In this document: positions 11,402 to 21,541 of the stretch, in pieces
Position numbering within the stretch: position 1 is the stretch's first letter
Layout of the letters: each line of letters opens with the position of its first letter
Source of the DNA: Candidatus Levyibacteriota bacterium
GTDB lineage: Bacteria; Patescibacteriota; Microgenomatia; Levybacterales; UBA12049
Reading direction: 5' to 3'
Assembly: GCA_027459745.1 (NCBI GenBank)
Contig: DAIDHL010000005.1
Span: 646 to 64,645 of the forward strand
DNA length: 64,000 nucleotides
The notes under the pieces: model-generated
What the model saw: the letters and a program-made list of their open reading frames with translations, nothing else
What the model was told of the DNA's origin: nothing
Databases searched by the model: none
Made by a program: the position numbers and the translations under genes

Positions 11402-12654
11402 ATCTTTCTTGATAAATTATAGACTTGTTTAAGAATATATAATCCTCCTATGATACTTGCCACTAGCATTCCGTACTTATACATTAATTCCTGATCGGTA
11501 AACCAAAAAGAGTTCCATTCGCCAGTAAATAGATAGGGCAAATAAGTTAATTGAGAAATAAGAGTTAGAAGTATAATCAAACCTTTGAGATATTTACTTT
11601 TAACTAAAGGCACAAAGGTTATTATATACATTAGATACCAGGGCTGAAATTCGGTACGAAAAATTGCCAGAGTTATAGCCCCTATCATTAATACAATCAT
11701 CATATTGAATAGATAATCTGGGATTGCATCCTTATTTCTTTTTTGTAATATATATACCCAGATAAATATAGGCAACAATATAATAGTGGCATATTTTATC
11801 AATGCAGAAGCTATTAGTAATAATATAGCCCACCAAAATTTCTTACTAATAAGTAGATAAAAACCCAACACCGCGAAAAACATCATAACTATATCATTAT
11901 GACTAGAGACAAGAGATTCGAAAATAACTAGTGGATTTAATGCAAAAAGAACTATTCCTTGAAGTTTCTTTGATGCGTAAATTTTATCTAGTATTTTATA
12001 AAGATAAAAAACAGTTCCCAAATAGGATGCAGTCATCAGGATTTTAAAAAGATAAAAAGTCAAGATAAATATATGCAAGCCCACAAAAGAAAATGGCAAT
12101 GTTATTAGCAACCATAATGGTCCATAAGCCTGTGCGTATGTCCTATTTGTCCAACGCATAAAGCCCAACATAGGGTCATGCGGAAAGTCCTGCGCCTTAT
12201 GTAAATAAGGGTTTTGATGATAATAAGTCAGAATTTTGGCATCGAAGATATAATTAAATAAATCATAAGACAACATGTTATAGGAAAAAGTCAAAATTAT
12301 AGCTGCTAATCCAATAATACCGGCGATTACAGGGAATGAAACTCGTTTTAAATGGACAAGTCTTAATGTATATAAATATAAACTGAAGAAAATCAAGACT
12401 GTCAGAGAAAATAAAAATGTGGATAATGGTCGGTTAAAATAACCGATATATTGGAAGCCCCGTTCAATTGTATATAACCAGGATATTCTACTAATCACTA
12501 ATCCCAGATCTGCTTGCGTATAGCTTAAAAGTAAAATTAGAGTAAAAAAAATTCCCCAGCTTGAAGTAATAATCTTCTCTTTTTTTGTTCCTTGCTTGTA
12601 TACAAATGCCAAGTTAGTAAATAATAATTTGAAGGGAGAAAGAATTATATTCAC
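11398..12654 (-). CDS. GT-C glycosyltransferase, MptA/MptB (polyprenol-P-mannose alpha-1,6-mannosyltransferase)-like
   Basis: LSYDLFNY, NPY, YGPLW, ALNPL, SHNDIVM, IKY, QPWY. Confidence 0.75.
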   Translation of the reverse strand: MNIILSPFKLLFTNLAFVYKQGTKKEKIITSSWGIFFTLILLLSYTQADLGLVISRISWLYTIERGFQYIGYFNRPLSTFLFSLTVLIFFSLYLYTLRLVHLKRVSFPVIAGIIGLAAIILTFSYNMLSYDLFNYIFDAKILTYYHQNPYLHKAQDFPHDPMLGFMRWTNRTYAQAYGPLWLLITLPFSFVGLHIFILTFYLFKILMTASYLGTVFYLYKILDKIYASKKLQGIVLFALNPLVIFESLVSSHNDIVMMFFAVLGFYLLISKKFWWAILLLIASALIKYATIILLPIFIWVYILQKRNKDAIPDYLFNMMIVLMIGAITLAIFRTEFQPWYLMYIITFVPLVKSKYLKGLIILLTLISQLTYLPYLFTGEWNSFWFTDQELMYKYGMLVASIIGGLYILKQVYNLSRKI

Positions 12655-12659
12655 ATTAT

Positions 12660-13418
12660 TTATTTATAAATGCCAGAAATAATATTCTTTTTGATTACTA
12701 ATAAGTCTATAAATCCGGCTATTGAACTACGCAAGGGACTGACTCTTCGTGTTTCTACGTGCAACCAACGAACAGGTACCTCTTTAATTTTATAACCCAT
12801 TTTTTTTGCTAGATACAAGACTTCCATGTCCATACCAGCTGATACATTAGAACCTGAGACATTTTTGAAACCATCATGTATCTGAAAGAACTTGGTAAAA
12901 AGCTGCTGCGCAACATTGTGACTAAACATTTTAAAGCCACACTGTGTATCAACGATTTCGGGTAGACCTATTAACATTTTTCGTAAAATTACCGTGGCTT
13001 TAGATACAAATTTGCGTGTCCAAGGAGCTCCCTGCCTTTGATTACTTCGGGATCCAATAACTACATCGTAACCATCTTTTGTAAAAGGAAAAAACTTATT
13101 CACTTCTTCAATTGGGGTAGCTTGATCCATATCAGTAAATAAAATATAGTCTCCTTTAGCTGCTAAGACTCCGGCTGTTACAGCCCCAGCTTTACCACTG
13201 TGCTGATTTTTGATCAGAATAAAATTATCATTCTGTTTGATAAAATCTTCTATAAATTCTACACTACCATCTTTGGAACCATCATCTACGACAATGACTT
13301 CATAATAAAACTTTGCCTTATCTAGAAAATGCTGTACTTTATCGAGGACTCCTTTTTGTAGATTGGACATCTCATCGTAACATGGAATGACAACTGAGAG
13401 ATAAATATTTTCTTTCAC
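12660..13418 (-). CDS. GT2 dolichyl/polyprenyl-phosphate glucosyltransferase-like
   Basis: VIPCYDE, VDDGSKD, GKAGAV, FTDMDQATP, DTQCGFK; GTG start. Confidence 0.9.
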   Translation of the reverse strand: MKENIYLSVVIPCYDEMSNLQKGVLDKVQHFLDKAKFYYEVIVVDDGSKDGSVEFIEDFIKQNDNFILIKNQHSGKAGAVTAGVLAAKGDYILFTDMDQATPIEEVNKFFPFTKDGYDVVIGSRSNQRQGAPWTRKFVSKATVILRKMLIGLPEIVDTQCGFKMFSHNVAQQLFTKFFQIHDGFKNVSGSNVSAGMDMEVLYLAKKMGYKIKEVPVRWLHVETRRVSPLRSSIAGFIDLLVIKKNIISGIYK

Positions 13419-13548
13419 AAAGAAATTATACAGTAAACATTCTCATCTGTCATGCTTCCTTGCAAATTGTTCACCTTTCTCTTACATAAGATTAAGCTGA
13501 TAACTGTGTTTGCTCAAAATCAGCTTTTCGGGTAAAATAAGCAGGCAC

Positions 13549-13621
13549 GGCCCCATCGTCTAGTGGTCTAGGACAGTGGATTCTCATTCCACTAACTGGG
13601 ATTCGAATTCCCATGGGGTCA
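13549..13621 (+). tRNA. tRNA-Glu(CTC)
   Basis: Acceptor stem GGCCCCA/TGGGGTC; anticodon arm GTGGA-TT-CTC-AT-TCCAC; T arm TGGGA-TTCGAAT-TCCCA; CCA not encoded. Confidence 0.95.
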
Positions 13622-13722
13622 CATTCGATTTTACATTAATCTTTTTATAATTCAGGATTAAATATGCTACGCTCCTAAAAATTCAAACTTTATCCATTTA
13701 AAGAATATGCCTTATAGCAAAA

Positions 13723-14619
13723 TTATTTAGTATTAAATATATCATTCAAGGTGGCATTTTTACGTCCCATGGCTATGGCAACTCTTCTTCTGGCCCTCTT
13801 TTCATACAAACTTACTGATAAGGGAGTAAAATTTCCATTTACTAGATCTATTGGTAACATTGGAGGCTCAATCTTACCCATATCGCTGTAAAAAACACCA
13901 CTTCTTACATCAACTTTATAAGGTGGTACACTACCTTGTGACTGGATTTTACGTTCTTCATGAGGTAACATAGGAGGAGGCCTAAAACCTGGAACATTGA
14001 CTTTGCCACGGTTTAGTAAACTTTGCTTCTTAAGTTCTGTAGCAGCTCTTCTGTCGTTTATTTGAACTTCCTTTTTAGCTTCTAATTTATCAAATTCAAA
14101 CTGAGATGATAGCAGCCATTTTTTGAAATTTTTAGGTGGATTAACTGAATCGCCTTCAGAATCATAGTCTTGAAATGATTTATAAATCATCAATGATTCT
14201 GGTCTATCGGTATTCTTTAATCTTAAAGAACTAGACAGTTGAGATAATAATCTACTTGAGATAGCATCTTCACAGATAGCAATAAGATTTACAAATTCTG
14301 CACCTGTGTTAGGCAACATCTCTGTTATGAACTGTCCAATACTGCCAACCAGTAAATGTGCTCCCCTGCTATATTCGCTCTGTCCATTCCCCGCATATAC
14401 CACTGCATGTAGTGCATGACGGATAATATTACGTAGATTTTCTTGAGTTATTTTAGGTTTACTTTTAACTGAAGCCTGTTCTGTCACAGCCAGATCATAT
14501 ATTTCTTCTATTGCTCCCATTATCTGAAGAACTTTACTTGAATCTTGTTCGATACCTTGGTCTATCCAATTGTCTTTAACTTCTTTACTATATCTCATTA
14601 TAAGAAATGATTCTAACAT
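13723..14619 (-). CDS. Hypothetical protein
   Basis: 298-aa ORF with no recognised family; Pro-rich C-terminal motifs (PPMLP twice). Confidence 0.65.
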   Translation of the reverse strand: MLESFLIMRYSKEVKDNWIDQGIEQDSSKVLQIMGAIEEIYDLAVTEQASVKSKPKITQENLRNIIRHALHAVVYAGNGQSEYSRGAHLLVGSIGQFITEMLPNTGAEFVNLIAICEDAISSRLLSQLSSSLRLKNTDRPESLMIYKSFQDYDSEGDSVNPPKNFKKWLLSSQFEFDKLEAKKEVQINDRRAATELKKQSLLNRGKVNVPGFRPPPMLPHEERKIQSQGSVPPYKVDVRSGVFYSDMGKIEPPMLPIDLVNGNFTPLSVSLYEKRARRRVAIAMGRKNATLNDIFNTK

Positions 14620-14686
14620 AAATCTTTGTATATTTCTTATCTAATTTTTATTGCTATATGATATATTATAGGTTATAATAAGCTTT

Positions 14687-15247
14687 ATGATTGAAGGCTT
14701 TAAACATTTTGTTAGAAAATTTAAAAAGTCAACTGAAAATGTTGATCAATTTGTAGAATCAGCGGCTGAACGAATGATTCAACTAGACAATACCCAATTA
14801 AATCTACTTACTTCGGCTTCAGAACAACGCACGAATCTGGCCCTGGCAGTTCAAGATCCGCTTGATTCAACTTTTTATCAAATCCGAAGAGTAAGATTAA
14901 CAAAAGTTGACCCTATAACCGCACAGGTGACCTCACAACCAAACGGAGTTGTAGTGGTGTCATTATTTCCTCTTGGTTTTATAGGGCAAAGAAGAATACC
15001 TGAATCTGAAATCCAGAAAACTCTCAAATTATTAGACAAAACAGAAGAAGCTGCTGCTAAACGTGAAAGGATCGCAAGAGAAAATGGAGAAATCCTTGAT
15101 CAAAGCCTACTTCCAGGGGCGGTAGGAATAGCTAGTTATACCACAACTGAGCAGTGTAAAACCCCAAACATAGACCAGATTGCTGAATTTGCAGGTGAGA
15201 AATATGCAAAATTGATATTTACACAACGTATAGATGAAAATAAATAA
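14687..15247 (+). CDS. Hypothetical protein
   Basis: 186-aa ORF with TATAAT 7 nt upstream of the ATG. Confidence 0.65.
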   Translation: MIEGFKHFVRKFKKSTENVDQFVESAAERMIQLDNTQLNLLTSASEQRTNLALAVQDPLDSTFYQIRRVRLTKVDPITAQVTSQPNGVVVVSLFPLGFIGQRRIPESEIQKTLKLLDKTEEAAAKRERIARENGEILDQSLLPGAVGIASYTTTEQCKTPNIDQIAEFAGEKYAKLIFTQRIDENK

Positions 15248-15433
15248 CACAATCAAACTTGAATATATAATTCAAAATAGTTAATATTCATTTTTGTATT
15301 TATTCTCGCTCCTCTTAACCATGAGTAAATATTAAAAAACAAAGTTGTAATTGTTTTGTATTGTAAAATTATGTATCGGCTCAGTTTGCAATACGGGATT
15401 CTATCTGATATACCTGAGACTAGTAAAAAATAA

Positions 15434-17785
15434 GTGAAAAAACAAACCCAGACAACAATTACAGACTTCTCTTTTTTTGACCACTGCCCTCAAGGATTTT
15501 ATGCCATAAGCACCGATTGGAAGTACATTTACGTTAATCGAGCGGGTTTAAAAATGGCACAAAAGAAAAAATCAGACCTGGTTAATAAAAACCCTCAAGA
15601 ACTATTCTCTGATGCTCACTCATTAGAATTCGGCCAGGCTGTAAGACGAGTCATGCAAGAACGCAAAGCCCGCAAGGTTGAAGCATTCTATCCAAGATAC
15701 AATAAATGGTATGAAAATGTAGTATTTCCTATTCAGGATGGAGTGGGAATAATAGCACAAGATATAACTACAAGGAAACGCTTGGAAGAAAACTTACTTT
15801 TAACCACTGCCCAGTTCAGCGCATTAGCAGATAATATTCCTAACCTAGCTTGGATGGCTGATTCTAAAGGAAAAATCTATTGGTACAATTCAAGTTGGTA
15901 TAAGTATACTGGAAAGAATGAACGTCAGATGCAAAAACAAGGATGGAAAAAAGTTCATGATCCTAGACTTCTGCCATTAGTAGTCAAGAAATGGACAACA
16001 GCCGTTAAAAATGGCCTACCCTTCGAGATGGAATTTCCTCTAAAGGACAGTCATGGTCAATTTCATGACTTTCTAACTCAGGTAACTCCTGTAAAAGATA
16101 ATCATGGCAATGTTTTACATTGGTTTGGTACTAATACAGACCTTACAAATCAGAAAAAAATTGAGGAAGCCCAACTTAGATTAGCTGCAATCGTAGAATT
16201 TTCGGATGACGCGATAATTAGTGAGGATTTAAGAGGATATATAACCAGCTGGAACAAGGGTGCTGAGAGATTATTTCAATATAAAGCTGAGGAAGTATTA
16301 AATAAGTCAGTTAATGTAATTGTTCCTCCAGACTTGCTTGAACAGGAGAAAGAAATTTTGTCCAATCTCAAAAAGGGTAAAAGTACAGACCATTTACAAA
16401 CTGTACGAATATCTAAGGATGGAACAAGAATAAATGTTTCTCTAAGCATTTCTACTATTAAAAACCCCAATGGAGAACTAATTGGCGGATCAAAAATAAT
16501 TCATGATATTTCAGATATTAAGCGTAATGAAGAAAATCTAAAATTTTTAGCACGAGCAAGTAAAATCCTTTCTTCCTCCTTGGATTATCAAAAGACCCTA
16601 AATAACCTTACACAATTAGCTGTTCCGCACATTGCTGATTGGTGTTCCGTAGATATGCTTAACTCTAGTTCACAGGTAGAATTAGTAGCGCTTGCTCATA
16701 AAGACCCTAAAAAAGTAGCTTGGGCTAAGGAGCTTCGCCAGCGACAACCTATAGATATGAACGCACCCCTGGGAGTTCCAAATGTATTGCGTACAGGTAA
16801 ATCAGAAATTTATCCAATTATTACAGACGCAATGTTAGTCGCGGCCGCCAAAAATCAAAAGGAATTGCAATTAGCTAGGCAAATAGGATTTACCTCTGTA
16901 ATTATCGTCCCTATACTTTCACAACGTAAACCGATCGGTGCAATTTCTTTTATTACAACTGAATCAAGAAAACGATATGTAGAAGCTGATCTAACTGTAG
17001 CAGAGGAAATTGCCAGCCGGGCATCTTTAGCTATTGAAAATTCCCGCTTGTACAGATCGGCTCAGAAAGAATTGAACGAACGTAAAAAACTGGAAAAACA
17101 GAAAGATGAATTCATCGGTGTTGCATCGCATGAACTAAAAACTCCAGTAACGAGTATTAAGTCTTATACACAAATGCTACATTATAAATTCAAGAAAGAA
17201 GGACAATTAGAAGCAGCTAATTTATTAGCCAAGCTAGACACCCAGATCGATAAGCTTACAGACCTAATTGGAGACTTATTAGATGTAACTAAAATCGAAG
17301 CTGGAAAAATGGCTTTTAATACTACTAACTTTGACTTTGATGATTTGGTTGAAGAAATTGTGGAAGAGATGCAGATAATAACTGCTAAACATAAATTGAT
17401 TATCAACGGTAGCAGCAATCAGACAATCAATGGAGACAGGGAAAGGATTGGACAAGTATTAATCAACTTGATATCCAATGCTATAAAATACTCCCCAAAC
17501 GCAGATAAAATTGTCATTAGTAATAGCCGTGAAGGCAAAAATGTCAAATTATGCGTACAAGATTTTGGTCTTGGAATTCCCGAAGAAAAGAAGAATCAAG
17601 TATTTAATCGTTTTTTTAGAATTAGTGGTCCTAATCAGGAAACCTTTCCAGGATTGGGACTGGGATTATATATCTCCAGTGAAATAATTAAACGCTCAAA
17701 AGGTAAAATTTGGGTTGAGAGCAGAGAAGGAGAAGGGTCAGTGTTTTGTTTTTCTCTACCTTTAAAAAATATGGTAAATAACTAA
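15434..17785 (+). CDS. Cytoplasmic PAS-PAS-PAS-GAF sensor histidine kinase
   Basis: Three PAS/PAC units, GAF domain (VPHIADWC), H-box ASHELKTPVT, N-box NLISNAIKYS, G-box GLGLGL. Confidence 0.95.
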   Translation: MKKQTQTTITDFSFFDHCPQGFYAISTDWKYIYVNRAGLKMAQKKKSDLVNKNPQELFSDAHSLEFGQAVRRVMQERKARKVEAFYPRYNKWYENVVFPIQDGVGIIAQDITTRKRLEENLLLTTAQFSALADNIPNLAWMADSKGKIYWYNSSWYKYTGKNERQMQKQGWKKVHDPRLLPLVVKKWTTAVKNGLPFEMEFPLKDSHGQFHDFLTQVTPVKDNHGNVLHWFGTNTDLTNQKKIEEAQLRLAAIVEFSDDAIISEDLRGYITSWNKGAERLFQYKAEEVLNKSVNVIVPPDLLEQEKEILSNLKKGKSTDHLQTVRISKDGTRINVSLSISTIKNPNGELIGGSKIIHDISDIKRNEENLKFLARASKILSSSLDYQKTLNNLTQLAVPHIADWCSVDMLNSSSQVELVALAHKDPKKVAWAKELRQRQPIDMNAPLGVPNVLRTGKSEIYPIITDAMLVAAAKNQKELQLARQIGFTSVIIVPILSQRKPIGAISFITTESRKRYVEADLTVAEEIASRASLAIENSRLYRSAQKELNERKKLEKQKDEFIGVASHELKTPVTSIKSYTQMLHYKFKKEGQLEAANLLAKLDTQIDKLTDLIGDLLDVTKIEAGKMAFNTTNFDFDDLVEEIVEEMQIITAKHKLIINGSSNQTINGDRERIGQVLINLISNAIKYSPNADKIVISNSREGKNVKLCVQDFGLGIPEEKKNQVFNRFFRISGPNQETFPGLGLGLYISSEIIKRSKGKIWVESREGEGSVFCFSLPLKNMVNN

Positions 17786-17842
17786 TACAAATTTCTTTCC
17801 CCTATCTTACAATTAATTTAATATACTAAATTTACAATCGAT

Positions 17843-18205
17843 GTGAAAACCATGAAAACAATACTTATTGCAGATGACGACCCTGCTATTGTGGAATCAA
17901 CTAAGTTCATTCTGGAAGAATTTGGCTTTCATGTAGACTATAGCTATGATGGCAAGGTTGTTTATGAAATGCACGATCATTTCCCTGATTTAATGCTTCT
18001 GGATATCTGGATGTCTGGACAAGACGGACGTCAGATCTGTAAATATTTAAAAAAAGATCCTCAAAAAAAATCAATACCGGTTATTTTGATATCGGCTAGT
18101 CGGGATGTCAAAAAATCAGCTATGGATGTAGGCGCTAATGATTTTTTGGAGAAACCATTTGATATGGACGATCTTTTAACCAAAATCAATAATCTAATTA
18201 ATTAA
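17843..18205 (+). CDS. Single-domain response regulator (CheY-like)
   Basis: ILIADDD, LLDIWM, ISAS, KPF. Confidence 0.95.
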   Translation: MKTMKTILIADDDPAIVESTKFILEEFGFHVDYSYDGKVVYEMHDHFPDLMLLDIWMSGQDGRQICKYLKKDPQKKSIPVILISASRDVKKSAMDVGANDFLEKPFDMDDLLTKINNLIN

Positions 18206-18262
18206 ATATTCACAATTTAAATACGCTGGTATATCATACTTTTTTATAGTTATAATACTCCC

Positions 18263-18934
18263 ATGTCTGCTAAATATAGTTATACAAATTTTAATCCGCA
18301 TAAATTAAGCCTTCATAATATTGATCGTCAAGCAATTGATTTTGTACCTGTTAGCTCTTTGGTTCTGGACATAGGCTGTGCAACTGGATTTATGGGTGCA
18401 TATCTTAAGAAGCACAAAAATTGTCAAGTATTTGGTTTGGAAATTAGATCGGAGGAAATAAAGATTGCTAAAAAATACCTTGACGATGTAATCAAAGGAG
18501 ATATTGTTGAGAGTAAATCTATCAGCGCAATTTTAAAAAAAACTAAACAGAAAAAATTCGATGTTATTTTAGCGACTTCTGTTATTGAACATGTTACAAA
18601 TCCTTCTCAAGCACTTAAAAATATGCTCAGACTTCTTAAGACAAATGGCTTAATCATAATGAGTACCCCTAATATAGCCCATTGGTCTATGCGCTGGGAT
18701 TTATTTAGAGGAAGATTTAACTATACCGAATATGGTATTTTGGATAATACTCACTTTCATCTATTTACCGCTGATAATTTTAAAGATCTATTCCTCAATG
18801 AAGGATTGAAAATTGAAAAATTCTTAATTGATGCAGAAGGCGGTGGCTATCCGAGAATTAGTTTGATATTAGCCAAATTCTTTCCCAAGATATTTGCTTA
18901 TCAAATGTTGATAGTCGCTAGAAAAACTAACTGA
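18263..18934 (+). CDS. Class I SAM-dependent methyltransferase, probably glycan-associated
   Basis: VLDIGCATG, FDVI, VIEHV, STPNIAHW, GILDNTH. Confidence 0.9.
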   Translation: MSAKYSYTNFNPHKLSLHNIDRQAIDFVPVSSLVLDIGCATGFMGAYLKKHKNCQVFGLEIRSEEIKIAKKYLDDVIKGDIVESKSISAILKKTKQKKFDVILATSVIEHVTNPSQALKNMLRLLKTNGLIIMSTPNIAHWSMRWDLFRGRFNYTEYGILDNTHFHLFTADNFKDLFLNEGLKIEKFLIDAEGGGYPRISLILAKFFPKIFAYQMLIVARKTN

Positions 18935-19729
18935 TTATAAACTCACTTTTATTATATTTTGCGTAATATTGTCTCCAAAAAAGCTTGCAGCTACTTCCTG
19001 CACAGTAGACGACAAATCTGTGACATAAAATGTTTTTTCTCCCTTAATATTTTTTTTGTTTAATAAATTTTTTATCGTAAGTAACTTTTGCAATTCATAA
19101 GCTGTGGGGTTGGCTGAGTCGATAATCTTAACCGCTGGTAAAACTTTTTGTATAGTATTTCTTAACAGCGGATAATGCGTACAGCCTAAATGCAAAGTAT
19201 CAATAGATTCTAAGTCAGATAAATACTTTTTCGCTACTAACTCGGCTACTTCACTCTCAGCTAATCCCTCTTCGGCCAATGGCACAAATAGTGGACAGGC
19301 TTTTGATACTACTGCAATGGAGGAATCTATTTTTTTTATTTCAGATGTGTATATCCCACTATTAATCGTTGCTTTCGTACCAATAATTCCCACTCGTTTG
19401 TTGCTTGTGGCTTTAACAATCATTTCAGCCGAAGGCTGAATCACTCCTATAAGTGGTATAAAAGCCATAGCTTGTAAATCTGGTAAACACGTTGCACTTA
19501 TAGTATTGCAGGCGACGACTAAAGCTTTAACTTTTTTGTCTAGAAGAAAACTAACTAGATCCTTGGCAAAAGCTGTAATAACTTCTTTACCACGATTGCC
19601 ATACGGAACCCGCGCTGTATCACCCAAGTAAATAATATCTTCATGAGGAAGTAAATTTACAATCTCGCGCGCTACGGTTAAACCGCCTATTCCTGAGTCA
19701 AAAACACCGATGGGTAAATTTCTATTCAT
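18935..19729 (-). CDS. murI: Glutamate racemase
   Basis: IGVFDSGIGGLTV, DTARVPYG, VACNTIS, LGCTHYP. Confidence 0.97.
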   Translation of the reverse strand: MNRNLPIGVFDSGIGGLTVAREIVNLLPHEDIIYLGDTARVPYGNRGKEVITAFAKDLVSFLLDKKVKALVVACNTISATCLPDLQAMAFIPLIGVIQPSAEMIVKATSNKRVGIIGTKATINSGIYTSEIKKIDSSIAVVSKACPLFVPLAEEGLAESEVAELVAKKYLSDLESIDTLHLGCTHYPLLRNTIQKVLPAVKIIDSANPTAYELQKLLTIKNLLNKKNIKGEKTFYVTDLSSTVQEVAASFFGDNITQNIIKVSL

Positions 19730-19811
19730 AAAATCGACTTTAATTTTTTATACATAATAAAAATCCAGTTATACTTACCTGTCCCTAATTTCATATATGT
19801 CATAAACACAA

Positions 19812-19858
19812 AACAACTGTATTCATAATTATTTCCATAACTATTACATACAGTTGTT
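19812..19858 (-). terminator. Long hairpin, probable terminator of the RRM gene
   Basis: Inverted repeat AACAACTGTAT (19812-19822) / ATACAGTTGTT (19848-19858), followed by a U-rich run on the minus strand. Confidence 0.6.
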
Positions 19859-19880
19859 AGTTTAACAATAAAAAACAGAT

Positions 19881-20216
19881 TTAATATCTGTTTCGATTAT
19901 CGTTATATCTTGGTCTGCGGTCTCCTCCACGATTGTCTCGTGAACCAAAATCTCTTCTTGGTCTGTCTTCCATAGGTTTAGCTTCGTTTACCTTGATTGT
20001 TCTTCCGTCCAATTCTTTATCATTCAATTCCGCAACTGCTTTTTGGGCTTCTTCTTCAGTCGACATTTCGACAAAACCAAAACCACGTGAACGACCAGAT
20101 TCACGATCTGTTATGACTTTAGCTGAAACTACGTTTCCGGCTTGAGAGAAGAATTGCTGCAAACTTTCGTCAGTTGTGTTCCATGACAAACTGCCGACAA
20201 ATAATTTTTTACTCAT
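19881..20216 (-). CDS. RRM (RNP-1) RNA-binding protein
   Basis: KLFVGSL and RSRGFGFVEM motifs; start moved to ATG 20216, which has an AGGAGG RBS. Confidence 0.95.
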   Translation of the reverse strand: MSKKLFVGSLSWNTTDESLQQFFSQAGNVVSAKVITDRESGRSRGFGFVEMSTEEEAQKAVAELNDKELDGRTIKVNEAKPMEDRPRRDFGSRDNRGGDRRPRYNDNRNRY

Positions 20217-20407
20217 ACTGTCCTCCTTTCTTCCATTATTCGTAGAGACATAGCTGTTTACTGAGGTAACTAACAAATATTAACTATCGAGCTACTCAAA
20301 AGAGAACAGTATTCTTTACTACACAGATTATAGCATATTGACGCAATATATGCCTTCAACTAATATTTTTGGCCTCAAAACCAGGCTGTGCTATAATACT
20401 CCACATT

Positions 20408-21541
20408 ATGCCTAAGATCGAAATGGGGCGAATACGCTTAAGTAAATCAGAAAAAAGTAGCATAGTACAGGCAAAAGACAGATTTATAAACCATTTAGAC
20501 AAACTTACACAACCTTCCCGTAGGCTGTTATTGAGTAATATTTTTATCAAAGGCCTACCTGGTAAATTAGAATTTACCAACACAAACTCTGAATCAGAGC
20601 TTAAGCGATATATAGACGAAGGATATGCGGTTATTGGTTTATTTACTCATCCTGGACAAAATGAGACTCTTGGCTTGCCATCTCTATGGACAAAAAGATT
20701 TAAACAGTCGCGAAAAAAACCAATTCAGTTTGCAGTAGCAGAACACATGCTACATATCCCCGGACTTGAAGGAGCTGCCAGGTTCGGAGGCGTACAGTTA
20801 GATGGTATGACTATTGAAGACACATTAGACCATATAGCTAAAAAACGCGCATTACAAACCATTCGCAATAATACCCCTTACGTTCCAATCTCCCAAGATG
20901 AGATCAATTCTATTGCAAGCAGTTTTATCTCAGTTGGTAAGTCTTTCGCCAAAATAATTAGAGAAGGCGGCACGGCATTTGAAAACCCCCAGCAAGGAAG
21001 AAGAGCATTCTTGGACGAAGAAAAAGATCATTTATATAATAAGTCTCCTGATGAGGTATTAAGGATAGTCAGAGAAGAACAAGAAAGTAAAGTGCACCAA
21101 AGAAAAGGTTTTAAACGTAAGATCAGAGAAACTATCTTTAAGGCGGCTAACAGAAGACTTCGACCATCAGCGCCCAAACAACCCTTAACCCCTTTTTCTG
21201 AAAAAATACCCGCCAAAGTCGGAACTTTCAACGGCGAGCCTGTTAAGAAATTCTTACGCTTAACCAGCGGGTGGGTGGAAGAAAACGGGAAACGAGTCAG
21301 GGTTCAACATAAAGCTGTAGTAGTTTGTATTACTGTCAAAGCTGATGTTGATTACCGTAAATTAAAAAACCTCAATCGATATCCATACACCTACCATGTA
21401 AGTGAACCTATGGAAGTACAAGATTTTCTAGCTAATGCAGCCAAGGAAGGATTAACTCCTGATGAATTTGCTTTTAGAATTTTTAATAAAAATTCAGATG
21501 AAAGATATAAGGCACGACATTTTAATCCTTATAACAATTAG
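20408..21541 (+). CDS. Hypothetical protein, possibly a divergent PlsC-type acyltransferase
   Basis: THPGQNE resembles the HX4D motif and FENPQQGRR resembles FPEGTR; start placed at ATG 20408 downstream of TGCTATAAT. Confidence 0.45.
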   Translation: MPKIEMGRIRLSKSEKSSIVQAKDRFINHLDKLTQPSRRLLLSNIFIKGLPGKLEFTNTNSESELKRYIDEGYAVIGLFTHPGQNETLGLPSLWTKRFKQSRKKPIQFAVAEHMLHIPGLEGAARFGGVQLDGMTIEDTLDHIAKKRALQTIRNNTPYVPISQDEINSIASSFISVGKSFAKIIREGGTAFENPQQGRRAFLDEEKDHLYNKSPDEVLRIVREEQESKVHQRKGFKRKIRETIFKAANRRLRPSAPKQPLTPFSEKIPAKVGTFNGEPVKKFLRLTSGWVEENGKRVRVQHKAVVVCITVKADVDYRKLKNLNRYPYTYHVSEPMEVQDFLANAAKEGLTPDEFAFRIFNKNSDERYKARHFNPYNN

